The notes under the pieces are model-generated. The model saw only the letters and a list, made by a program, of their open reading frames with translations. It had not been told where the DNA came from and did not search any database. 32,000 nt of DNA from Clostridia bacterium (GTDB lineage Bacteria > Bacillota > Clostridia > Christensenellales > Aristaeellaceae): positions 7,436 through 39,435 of the forward strand of contig JAZRWA010000038.1 of NCBI GenBank assembly GCA_045599485.1, read 5' to 3'. Shown piece after piece: positions 16,997 to 24,695 of this stretch (the first letter of the stretch is position 1; every line of letters starts with the position of its first letter). A program made the position numbers and the translations under genes.

Positions 16997-18649
16997 ATGA
17001 AGAAACTGATTGCTTTCGCTCTGGTCATGATGATGGTTCTGTCCGTTTTCGGCGGCGCTCTGGCTGCTGATGACGGTTACCTGTCCGTCATGCTCGGCAC
17101 GAACGTCATGTCTCTGGACACCCACCTTGCCACCGACGGTGACTCCTTCGAAGTCATCGCCGACTGCATCGACGGTCTGATGCAGATGGACGCTACCGGC
17201 GCTGCCATCCCCGCCATTGCCGAAAGCTATGTCCTTTCCGATGACGGCATGACCTACACCTTCACCCTGCGTGATGCCCAGTGGGCCAACGGCACCCCCG
17301 TCACCGCCAACGACTTCGTTTTCGCCTGGCGTCGCATCTGCGAACTGAACGGCGAGTACGCTTTCATGTTTGACACCTCCGTTGGCTGCGTCAAGAACGC
17401 TGACAGCATCCTGTACGAAGGCGCCGATCCCGCCACCCTGGGCGTGTCCGCTCCCGATGCCAAGACCCTGGTGGTCGAGCTGGAAGTGCCCGTGTCCTTC
17501 TTCCCCTCTCTGATGTACTTCCCCACCTTCTACCCCCTCAATGAGGAATTCTACAATAGTCTGGCAGACGGCGCCTACGCCACCAGCCCCGACACCTTCC
17601 TGTCCAACGGTGCCTTCATTCTGGAAGAATACACCCCCGGTGCCGCTTCCTTCAGCCTGAAGAAGAACGAAGGTTACTGGGATGCCGCCCGCGTGCAGCT
17701 GCCCGGTCTGCATTATCAGGTCGTCACCTCCTCCGATAACGCTCTGTCCGCCTTCAAGGCCGGCACTCTGGATCTGGTCATCATCTCCGGTAACCAGGTT
17801 GCTGCCGCCGAAAAGGACGCTTCCCTGTCTTCCAAGCTGAACGTGACTGGTGCCGGCTATCTGTGGTACCTGTCCTTCAGCCAGACCGCTGCCAACGCTC
17901 AGGGCGGCATGCTGGCCAACGCCAACCTGCGCCGTGCCATCAGCTACTGCCTGGATCGCGAATCCTTCGTGGATGACTTCGTGATGGATGGCTCCATCCC
18001 CACCTTCACCGCCGTTCCTCCGGAGTTCGCTGCCAGCGCCACCACCGGTGAGGACTTCTCCGCCGATCAGGAGATGTTCAAGGATCTGTGCGATTACGAT
18101 GAGGACAAGGCTCAGGAATACTTCGAGAAGGCTTGCGAAGAGCTGGGTGTGGACAAGTTCTCCTTCACCATGGTCTTCGAAAACAACTCCGGTGAGGAAA
18201 TCATCAAGGTTGCTCAGGCCATCAAGGAATCCGTCGAGGAAGTCCTGCCCGGTATCGAGATCAAGCTGGCTCCCATGACCAAGGCCGAGCGTCTGGACAA
18301 GATGCAGAACGATAACTTCGATATCGGTCTGACCCGTTGGGGACCTGACTACGCCGACCCCATGACCTACCTGGGCATGTGGATCACCGACAACTCCAAC
18401 AACTACGGCTTCTGGTCCAACGCCGAATATGACGCCATCATCGCCGACTGCACCACCGGTGCCTATATCAGCGACTATGACGCCCGCTGGGCCGCCATGT
18501 ACGAGGCCGAGAGACTCGTTCTGGAAGATGCCGTTATCGCTCCTCTGTACACCAAGGCCAACGCCAAGCTGGTCGCCGACGGTGTTGAGGGCATCGAGTA
18601 TCATCCCGTGGCTCTGAACCGCGTTTACAAGAACGCCGTCAAAAAGTAA
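16997..18649 (+). CDS. oppA: ABC transporter substrate-binding protein, peptide/nickel family 5 (oligopeptide-binding)
   Basis: 550 aa with signal peptide MKKLIAFALVMMMVLSVFGGALA. Family-5 SBP sequence (ESYVLSDDGMTYTFTLRDAQWANGTPVTANDFVFAWRR). Ends in TAA. Confidence 0.85.
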   Translation: MKKLIAFALVMMMVLSVFGGALAADDGYLSVMLGTNVMSLDTHLATDGDSFEVIADCIDGLMQMDATGAAIPAIAESYVLSDDGMTYTFTLRDAQWANGTPVTANDFVFAWRRICELNGEYAFMFDTSVGCVKNADSILYEGADPATLGVSAPDAKTLVVELEVPVSFFPSLMYFPTFYPLNEEFYNSLADGAYATSPDTFLSNGAFILEEYTPGAASFSLKKNEGYWDAARVQLPGLHYQVVTSSDNALSAFKAGTLDLVIISGNQVAAAEKDASLSSKLNVTGAGYLWYLSFSQTAANAQGGMLANANLRRAISYCLDRESFVDDFVMDGSIPTFTAVPPEFAASATTGEDFSADQEMFKDLCDYDEDKAQEYFEKACEELGVDKFSFTMVFENNSGEEIIKVAQAIKESVEEVLPGIEIKLAPMTKAERLDKMQNDNFDIGLTRWGPDYADPMTYLGMWITDNSNNYGFWSNAEYDAIIADCTTGAYISDYDARWAAMYEAERLVLEDAVIAPLYTKANAKLVADGVEGIEYHPVALNRVYKNAVKK

Positions 18650-18671
18650 TTCTTCGGTGTAACCATGATAG

Positions 18672-18706
18672 GCAGAGCGGCCTGTTTTCAGGCCGCTCTG
18701 CTGTTC
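18672..18706 (+). terminator. hairpin after oppA (partial terminator/attenuator inside the operon)
   Basis: GCAGAGCGGCCTGttttCAGGCCGCTCTGC: a 13-bp perfect stem with a weak U-tract (tgttcc). Confidence 0.55.
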
Positions 18707-18784
18707 CAGTCTATCGGTTCATTTATGCGCCGGATGACCGACGTATAAATGAGGCGGTCCGCCTCAAGTGAAAGCAAAGGGTTA

Positions 18785-19741
18785 ATGCAAGCTATGACAA
18801 AGTACATCCTCAAAAGAGTGGGTCTTGCGGCACTGACGCTGCTGATCATCGTGTTCCTGCTGTTTACGCTGGTACGCATCATGCCGGGCAACCCCTTCCC
18901 CTCCGAGCGCATGAACGATACCGCCATCGCCCTGAAACGCGCCGAGATGGGTCTGGACGATCCCATCCTGGTGCAGTTCGGCCGCTATATGGCAAATCTG
19001 GCCAAAGGTGATTTTGGCAAGGGCACCTCGCTGTATTACGGTGCCCCCATCAACACGGTCCTTGGCACCTGTATCAACAACTCCTTCCGCATCGGCGGCA
19101 TGGCCATCGTGATCGGCTCTCTGATCGGTCTGCTGCTGGGCATTTGCGCGGCGCTGAATCGCGGCAAATTTCTGGATGCTTTCTGCACGATCTTTTCCAT
19201 TCTGGGTGTCTGCGTTCCCAGCTATGTGTTCATGATCTTCCTGCAGTACAATTTCGCCTACCAGGTGCCGCTGCTGCCGTACTTTTTTGACGCCAAACAG
19301 TTCATGCGCTCCTCCATCATTCCCGTACTGAGTCTGAGCCTGTTCACCATGTCCACCATCGCGCGCTTCACCCGCAACGAGATGATCGAAGTCATCGACA
19401 GCGATTATGTGCGTCTGGCGGAGTCCAAGGGTCTCTTTGGCGGTCAGCTGATCCGCCGCCATGTGCTGCGCAATGCCCTCATCCCCATCGTCACGGTGCT
19501 TGCGCCCCTCATCGTCGACCTGCTCACCGGCGCGCTGGTCGTTGAAAAAATTTACGGTATCAACGGCATCGGCAAGCTGATGGTCGACTCCATCGCCGGC
19601 GAAGCCGTGGACTATAACTACGTGCTGGCGCTGGGCATTCTTTACTCCTCACTGTACATCGGCGTCATGCTGGTGGTCGATATTCTCTACGGTGTGCTTG
19701 ATCCGCGCATCCGTGTTTCTGCGAAGGGAGGTGCCCGCTGA
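18785..19741 (+). CDS. oppB: oligopeptide ABC transporter permease
   Basis: Track ORF 18749..19741. Plausible starts are ATG 18785 or ATG 18794 (MTKYILKRV, the typical OppB N-terminus). Multi-TM BPD-type permease. Confidence 0.8.
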   Translation: MQAMTKYILKRVGLAALTLLIIVFLLFTLVRIMPGNPFPSERMNDTAIALKRAEMGLDDPILVQFGRYMANLAKGDFGKGTSLYYGAPINTVLGTCINNSFRIGGMAIVIGSLIGLLLGICAALNRGKFLDAFCTIFSILGVCVPSYVFMIFLQYNFAYQVPLLPYFFDAKQFMRSSIIPVLSLSLFTMSTIARFTRNEMIEVIDSDYVRLAESKGLFGGQLIRRHVLRNALIPIVTVLAPLIVDLLTGALVVEKIYGINGIGKLMVDSIAGEAVDYNYVLALGILYSSLYIGVMLVVDILYGVLDPRIRVSAKGGAR

Positions 19742-20766
19742 TGAGTGATATTTCCGTCAAAAACGAATATACCCCCGTCAAAGAAGATTTTGAGCTCCTT
19801 GAGCAGCGTGACATCAACACGGATAAAAACTTCGCCTCCCAGAGCTACTGGAAAGGCGTCGCCATCCATTTCTTCCGCAACCGTCGTGCCGTCGTCGGCC
19901 TCGTCATCGTCGCCATGATGATCCTGCTGGCCATCTTCGCGCCCATGCTGTCAGGCTATCAGTATGACATTTCCGTCAAAGCCCCCAACGAAAAGGGCAA
20001 AATGAAAAAGGCCATCGGCATCGCTCCCCGTGTTCCCGCCATTCACGAGATGGTCACCGGTGAAAAATACGATGACATTTTTTCCGACCTGACCCTGATC
20101 TTCGGTACCGATGACAACGGCCGCGACCTGTGGACCCGTGTCTGGCATGGCGCCCGCGTTTCGCTCCTCATCGCCTTTGTCACCATCATCATCGATATGA
20201 TCATCGGCATGAGCTACGGCCTGATATCCGGCTATTTCGGCGGCATGACCGATAATATCATGCAGCGATTTGTCGAGATCGCCAACAGTATCCCGCGACT
20301 GGTCATCGTATCGGTGCTGGCCATCTTCATGGCCAAGGGCATCAGTCTGGTCATCGTGGCGTTGCTGCTGACCGAGTGGATCGGCATGAGCAAGATCGCC
20401 CGCGCCGAAATGCTCAAAATGAAGGAGCAGGAATACGTGCTGGCCAGCCGCACCCTCGGTGCCCGCAACGGTCATATCATCTTTAAGGAGATCCTGCCCA
20501 ACACCATCGGGCCCATCATCACGCAGATGATGTTCTCCATCCCCACCGCCATCTTTACCGAAGCCTTCCTGAGCTTCGTCGGCGTCGGTATCGTGCCGCC
20601 CGAGTGCTCCATCGGTACGCTGATCTCCGATGGCTTCAACAACATCACCACCCTCACCTATCAGATCATTCCGCCCATTATCGTGCTGGCTCTGCTGATG
20701 CTGGGCTTCAACTTCATCGGCGACGGTCTGCGTGAAGCGCTGGCTCCCAAGCTCGAAGATATGTAA
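19741..20766 (+). CDS. oppC: oligopeptide ABC transporter permease
   Basis: 341 aa, with its start overlapping the oppB stop (TGATG). OppC-like N-terminal region and permease core. Confidence 0.8.
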   Translation: MSDISVKNEYTPVKEDFELLEQRDINTDKNFASQSYWKGVAIHFFRNRRAVVGLVIVAMMILLAIFAPMLSGYQYDISVKAPNEKGKMKKAIGIAPRVPAIHEMVTGEKYDDIFSDLTLIFGTDDNGRDLWTRVWHGARVSLLIAFVTIIIDMIIGMSYGLISGYFGGMTDNIMQRFVEIANSIPRLVIVSVLAIFMAKGISLVIVALLLTEWIGMSKIARAEMLKMKEQEYVLASRTLGARNGHIIFKEILPNTIGPIITQMMFSIPTAIFTEAFLSFVGVGIVPPECSIGTLISDGFNNITTLTYQIIPPIIVLALLMLGFNFIGDGLREALAPKLEDM

Positions 20767-20781
20767 GGAGGGAGAGAGAAA

Positions 20782-21855
20782 ATGCAGCAAAACGCCACCA
20801 TTCTTCAGATCAAAGATCTGGACATCTCCTTCCGCACCAACGCGGGTCATGTGCATGCCATCCGCGGCGTCAACCTGGACCTGCAAAAGGGCGAAACCGT
20901 CGCCATCGTGGGCGAATCCGGCTCCGGCAAATCGGTCACCATGAAGGCTGCTGTCGGTCTGCTGGATGCCAACGCCACCGTCAACAGCGGCGAGATCCTG
21001 TATACCTACACCGAAAACGGCGCCGAAAAGACCGTTGACCTGCTGAAGCTGACCAAAAAGCAGCTGCGCACCGAGTACAACGGACAGCGCCTTGCCATGG
21101 TCTTTCAGGACCCGATGACCAGTCTGGACCCCACCATGCCCATCGGCAAGCAGATCATGGAGGGCATGATCCTGCATCAGAATAAAAGCAAGGAAGCCGC
21201 CCGTGCCCGCGCGCTGGAGCTGCTGCAGCTGGTCGGCATCACCGATGCCCAGAAACGCTTCAACAACTACCCCCATCAGCTGTCCGGCGGCATGCGTCAA
21301 AGGGTGGTCATCGCCATCGCCCTTTCCGCCGATCCCGATATCCTCATCTGTGATGAACCCACCACTGCTCTGGATGTGACCATTCAGGCCAAAATTCTGG
21401 AACTGATCAAGGATATCCAGAAAAAAATGAACCTGTCTGTCATCTACATCACCCACGATCTGGGGGTTGTCGCCAAGGTGGCGGATTACGTCAACGTCAT
21501 GTACGCCGGCCGCATCATCGAGGTCGGCAACGTGGAGGAGATCTTCTACGATCCCCGCCACCCCTACACCTGGGGCCTTCTATCCGCTATGCCCGATCTG
21601 GATACCGATGATGACCGTCTGTATTCCATCCCCGGCAGCCCGCCCAACCTGCTGCACGAGCCTGTCGGCGACGCCTTTGCCGCCCGCAACCGCTACGCGC
21701 TCAGGATCGACGAAAAAATGGCCCCCCCGCTGTTCAAAGTATCCGAAACACATTACGCGGCCACCTGGCTGCTGCACCCCGATGCTCCCAAGGTAGAAAT
21801 GCCCGTCGAGCTGAAAGCCCGCCTGGCACGTGCCAGAAAGGAGGCCGGAAAGTAA
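20782..21855 (+). CDS. oppD: oligopeptide ABC transporter ATP-binding protein
   Basis: Walker A GESGSGKS, signature LSGGMRQR, Walker B ILICDEPTTALD, and the oligopeptide C-terminal extension. Confidence 0.85.
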   Translation: MQQNATILQIKDLDISFRTNAGHVHAIRGVNLDLQKGETVAIVGESGSGKSVTMKAAVGLLDANATVNSGEILYTYTENGAEKTVDLLKLTKKQLRTEYNGQRLAMVFQDPMTSLDPTMPIGKQIMEGMILHQNKSKEAARARALELLQLVGITDAQKRFNNYPHQLSGGMRQRVVIAIALSADPDILICDEPTTALDVTIQAKILELIKDIQKKMNLSVIYITHDLGVVAKVADYVNVMYAGRIIEVGNVEEIFYDPRHPYTWGLLSAMPDLDTDDDRLYSIPGSPPNLLHEPVGDAFAARNRYALRIDEKMAPPLFKVSETHYAATWLLHPDAPKVEMPVELKARLARARKEAGK

Positions 21856-21856
21856 T

Positions 21857-22777
21857 ATGAGTGAACCGCTTCTGAAGGTCGAAAACCTGGTACAGCACTT
21901 CCCCATCTCCCGCAGCTTTACCGTCAAAGCCGTCAACGGTGTCTCCTTCGACATCTATCCCGGCGAGACCTACGGTCTGGTGGGCGAGTCCGGCTCCGGC
22001 AAAACCACCATCGGCCGCAGCATCATCCGCCTGTATGACCCCACTGCCGGCAAGATCACCTTTGATGGTGCCGACATCACCGGCAAGCTGGATAACAGCA
22101 CCCGCACGCTGCTGCGCACCGAAATGCAGATGATCTTCCAGGACCCCATGGCCAGCCTCAACCCCCGCAAAAAGGTGGCCGATATCATTGGTGAAGGTCT
22201 GGATATTCATCACCGCGTCACCGGCAAAAAGGAGCGCGATGAGCTGATCGGCAGCCTGCTTAAAAAGGTCGGCCTCTCTCCCGAGCATGCCGAGCGTTAT
22301 CCCCACCAGTTCTCCGGCGGTCAGCGTCAGCGCGTCGGCATCGCCCGCGCCCTCATCATGAACCCCAAGCTGATCATCGCCGATGAGTGCATTTCCGCCC
22401 TGGACGTGTCCATTCAGGCGCAGGTCGTCAACCTGATGAAGGATATTCAGGATGAAACCGGCTGCGCCTACCTGTTCATCGCTCACGATCTGAGCATGGT
22501 CAAGTACATCTCCGACCGCATCGGCGTGCTGCATCTGGGCTACATGGTGGAATCCGGCACCAAGGAAGAGATCTTCTCCAATCCCATCCACCCCTACACC
22601 AAGTCCCTGCTGTCCGCCATCCCTCACCCCAATCCCGGCGTGGAAAAGAACCGCACCTCCGTCAGCTATGACTATGCCTCCAGCGGCATTGATTACGCCA
22701 AAGGCACCGAGCATAGCGCCGAGGGCACGCACAAGGTTCTCGCCACCGATGAGGAGTTTGCCGCCTGGACACGCTGA
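21857..22777 (+). CDS. oppF: oligopeptide ABC transporter ATP-binding protein
   Basis: Preferred start is [11 protein letters not shown] at 21857, just after the oppD TAA. Walker [29 protein letters not shown]. Confidence 0.85.
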   Translation: MSEPLLKVENLVQHFPISRSFTVKAVNGVSFDIYPGETYGLVGESGSGKTTIGRSIIRLYDPTAGKITFDGADITGKLDNSTRTLLRTEMQMIFQDPMASLNPRKKVADIIGEGLDIHHRVTGKKERDELIGSLLKKVGLSPEHAERYPHQFSGGQRQRVGIARALIMNPKLIIADECISALDVSIQAQVVNLMKDIQDETGCAYLFIAHDLSMVKYISDRIGVLHLGYMVESGTKEEIFSNPIHPYTKSLLSAIPHPNPGVEKNRTSVSYDYASSGIDYAKGTEHSAEGTHKVLATDEEFAAWTR

Positions 22778-22791
22778 AAGGTTCCATCACC

Positions 22792-23520
22792 ATGAAAAAG
22801 CTTCTTTCCATCCTGCTGCTGATGCTGCTTGCGCTGTCCCTGCTGCCCGTACAGGCGGAAGAGGCCCCCGCTTTCCCCGCCCGCGATCAGTTCATTCAGG
22901 ATATCATCGATCTGGCCGAGCAGAAGTTCACCGCCGCCAAGGGCAAAGCCCAGCGCGCCCATTATGCCGGCGATATCTATGTCTGCAAAAATTTCACGGT
23001 CTATCTGTTCAATCAGAACCGCGATAAGTACCGCATGGCGGAATATCCCGACACGCCCCTGGTCATTCCCGACAATCTCCCCAAGGATCAGTGCAAGCCC
23101 TATTCCTACGGCTTCCTGTGGAAGGATATCAGCGCCGCCGAGGGCAACCCCTTCTATGCAGCAGCCACCTTCCGCTATGATTCCTCGCTCAGCAAAAAGG
23201 AAAATCAAAAGCTGGCCCGCGAATTCATGAAGCAGGCGCAGAAGGGCGATTACTTCCAGATGTCCGCCAACTACTATTATGGCGTCGGCGCCCACAGCAT
23301 GATCTTTACCGCCGATTACGACCCCAAGACAGATACCGTCACCTGGTGCGACAGCAACATGAAGGGTCAAAGCAAAAACGGCATCCGCTACGGCTACGTA
23401 CAGTTCAACGCCAACAAAAAGATCGATTGGTTTGTGGATGCCTTCTGCCAGAAGACCCGCGGTGCCACCATTTACCGTCTGCGCGACGATATCATCTTCG
23501 CTGACCCCGCGATCAACTGA
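22792..23520 (+). CDS. secreted hypothetical protein with a Cys...His arrangement (possible papain-fold/NlpC-P60-like hydrolase; unverified)
   Basis: 242 aa with signal peptide MKKLLSILLLMLLALSLLPVQA. Contains GDIYVCKNFTVYLF and GVGAHSMIFTADYD. It starts 14 nt after oppF, so it is co-transcribed. Confidence 0.5.
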   Translation: MKKLLSILLLMLLALSLLPVQAEEAPAFPARDQFIQDIIDLAEQKFTAAKGKAQRAHYAGDIYVCKNFTVYLFNQNRDKYRMAEYPDTPLVIPDNLPKDQCKPYSYGFLWKDISAAEGNPFYAAATFRYDSSLSKKENQKLAREFMKQAQKGDYFQMSANYYYGVGAHSMIFTADYDPKTDTVTWCDSNMKGQSKNGIRYGYVQFNANKKIDWFVDAFCQKTRGATIYRLRDDIIFADPAIN

Positions 23521-23530
23521 TCCGCCTTTC

Positions 23531-23564
23531 AAGCCTTCCATCCGCTCCGATGGGGGGCTTTTCC
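23531..23564 (+). terminator. terminator-like hairpin ending the opp operon
   Basis: AAGCCTTCCATCcgctccGATGGGGGGCTT: a 12-bp stem with two G-U pairs and a short U-tract. Confidence 0.4.
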
Positions 23565-23586
23565 CTTCCTTCCGCGCAAAAATGCC

Positions 23587-23614
23587 TTGACAGCATGCCG
23601 TTTTCTGATATAAT
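23587..23614 (+). promoter_or_regulatory. sigma-A promoter (TTGACA-16 nt-TATAAT) driving the TPP riboswitch-thiT unit
   Basis: TTGACAgcatgccgttttctgaTATAAT, with consensus hexamers. Confidence 0.65.
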
Positions 23615-23624
23615 AGGTACGACA

Positions 23625-23709
23625 ATTCCAAGGGGTGCTGGCTCTGCCGGCTGAGATGAACCAAGGTTCGAACCCTCAAACCTGATCCGGGTAATACCGG
23701 CGTAGGAAT
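23625..23709 (+). promoter_or_regulatory. TPP (THI-box) riboswitch aptamer
   Basis: attccaaGGGGTGCtgg...ggCTGAGAtgaa...ACCCtcaaACCTGATCCGGGTAATACCGGCGTAGGAAt matches the conserved THI element (GGGGUGC, CUGAGA, ACCUGAUC.GG.UAAU.CC.GCGUAGGAA). P1 is formed by attcc/ggaat. Confidence 0.9.
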
Positions 23710-23732
23710 GCGAGTAAAGTGCTTTTGATGTG

Positions 23733-23762
23733 CCGCATTGCCTATGGCAACGCGGTTTTTTT
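23733..23762 (+). terminator. riboswitch expression-platform terminator
   Basis: CCGCATTGCCtatGGCAACGCGGttttttt: a 10-bp stem with one mismatch plus a T7 run, 40 nt before the thiT ATG. Confidence 0.7.
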
Positions 23763-23803
23763 CATGCCATTGGAATTGATCTCAACAAAGGAGGTAAACT
23801 TAC

Positions 23804-24439
23804 ATGTTTTCTAAGTTTGCCAAGATTCTCCCCTCCGTCTGGGGTCTGCTCGCCGCTCTGGCCGTGGTGGGCGTTGTGCTGTACTGCATGAAGGGCTCCC
23901 GCACCAAGTGGACCGCCCGTATGCTGGCCAATGCCGCCATCTCCATCGCTCTGGCCTCCGTGCTGTCCTACATCCGCCTCTACAAGCTGCCGCAGAACGG
24001 TTCCATCACCGTTGCCTCCATGCTGCCCATCTTCATGTTTGCCTATGCCTACGGCGTGGGCCCCGGCCTGTTTGTGGGTCTGGCCTATGGCTTTGTGCAG
24101 TGGATGCAGGATGGTTTCTGGATGCTGACCCCTGTGGAGGGCGTCATGGACTATCTGCTGGCCTTCGCCGTGCTGGGTCTGTGCGGTCTGTGTCGCAAGC
24201 TGCCCAAGCAGTATGCGCTGCCCGTCGGCTGCATCGTGGGTGCCCTGGCCCGTGCCATCGTCGCCATCACCGCCGGTGTTATCTTCTTTGCGGAAAACGC
24301 CCCCGTGGGCCAGTCCGCCCTCGTGTACTCCATGGGCTACAACGGTCTGTACCTGATCCCCGACACTGCCATCTGCGTGGTGCTGGCCTTCATTCCCCAG
24401 ATCCGCGACCTGGCCCACAAGCTGTCCCTGAATCGCTGA
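23804..24439 (+). CDS. thiT: energy-coupling factor transporter S component ThiT (thiamine)
   Basis: 211 aa multi-TM protein directly downstream of a TPP riboswitch. ThiT-like sequence (ISIALASVLSYI..LP.GGS.T...LPI). RBS AAAGGAGG. Confidence 0.8.
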   Translation: MFSKFAKILPSVWGLLAALAVVGVVLYCMKGSRTKWTARMLANAAISIALASVLSYIRLYKLPQNGSITVASMLPIFMFAYAYGVGPGLFVGLAYGFVQWMQDGFWMLTPVEGVMDYLLAFAVLGLCGLCRKLPKQYALPVGCIVGALARAIVAITAGVIFFAENAPVGQSALVYSMGYNGLYLIPDTAICVVLAFIPQIRDLAHKLSLNR

Positions 24440-24452
24440 GCGTTCCAAAGCA

Positions 24453-24487
24453 AAGGAGCTGTTCCCAACGGAACAGCTCCTTTTTTA
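24453..24487. terminator. bidirectional intrinsic terminator (thiT / feo operon ends)
   Basis: aaaGGAGCTGTTCCcaacGGAACAGCTCCtttttt: an 11-bp perfect stem. Confidence 0.8.
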
Positions 24488-24679
24488 TTGCTTGTTTTTG
24501 TCCTCCGTATGATGGCAGGCGCAACCCAGGGCACAGTGAGCACAGCTGCCGCCGCAGCCGCAGACCGTTTTCCCCTGCCGTTTTGCTTTTCGCAGATGGG
24601 CGATGATGCTTCCCACAACGGCCACCAGCACCGCCACCACCAGGATGGTCCCGCCGTTTTCTATCAGTCCGTTCAGCAT
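24485..24679 (-). CDS. FeoB-associated Cys-rich membrane peptide
   Basis: Preferred start is MLNGLIENGG at 24679 (GAGAGGAAAG RBS), after the feoB TGA. One TM segment, then a C-terminal CGCGGSCAHCALGCAC cluster. Ends in TAA. Confidence 0.7.
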   Translation of the reverse strand: MLNGLIENGGTILVVAVLVAVVGSIIAHLRKAKRQGKTVCGCGGSCAHCALGCACHHTEDKNKQ

Positions 24680-24695
24680 GCTTTCCTCTCTCCCG

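Noticed and set aside
16776-17000. 74-aa + ORF (and 16718..16948 on the - strand) in the AT-rich island
   Set aside because: The codon composition is that of AT-rich intergenic DNA. The ORFs overlap predicted promoters and the oppA RBS, and show no motif.
23655-23680. GGTTCGAACCC, a tRNA T-arm-like string that might have marked a suppressor tRNA gene
   Set aside because: It lies inside the variable P3 region of a clearly recognisable TPP riboswitch. No acceptor, D or anticodon arms can be drawn around it.
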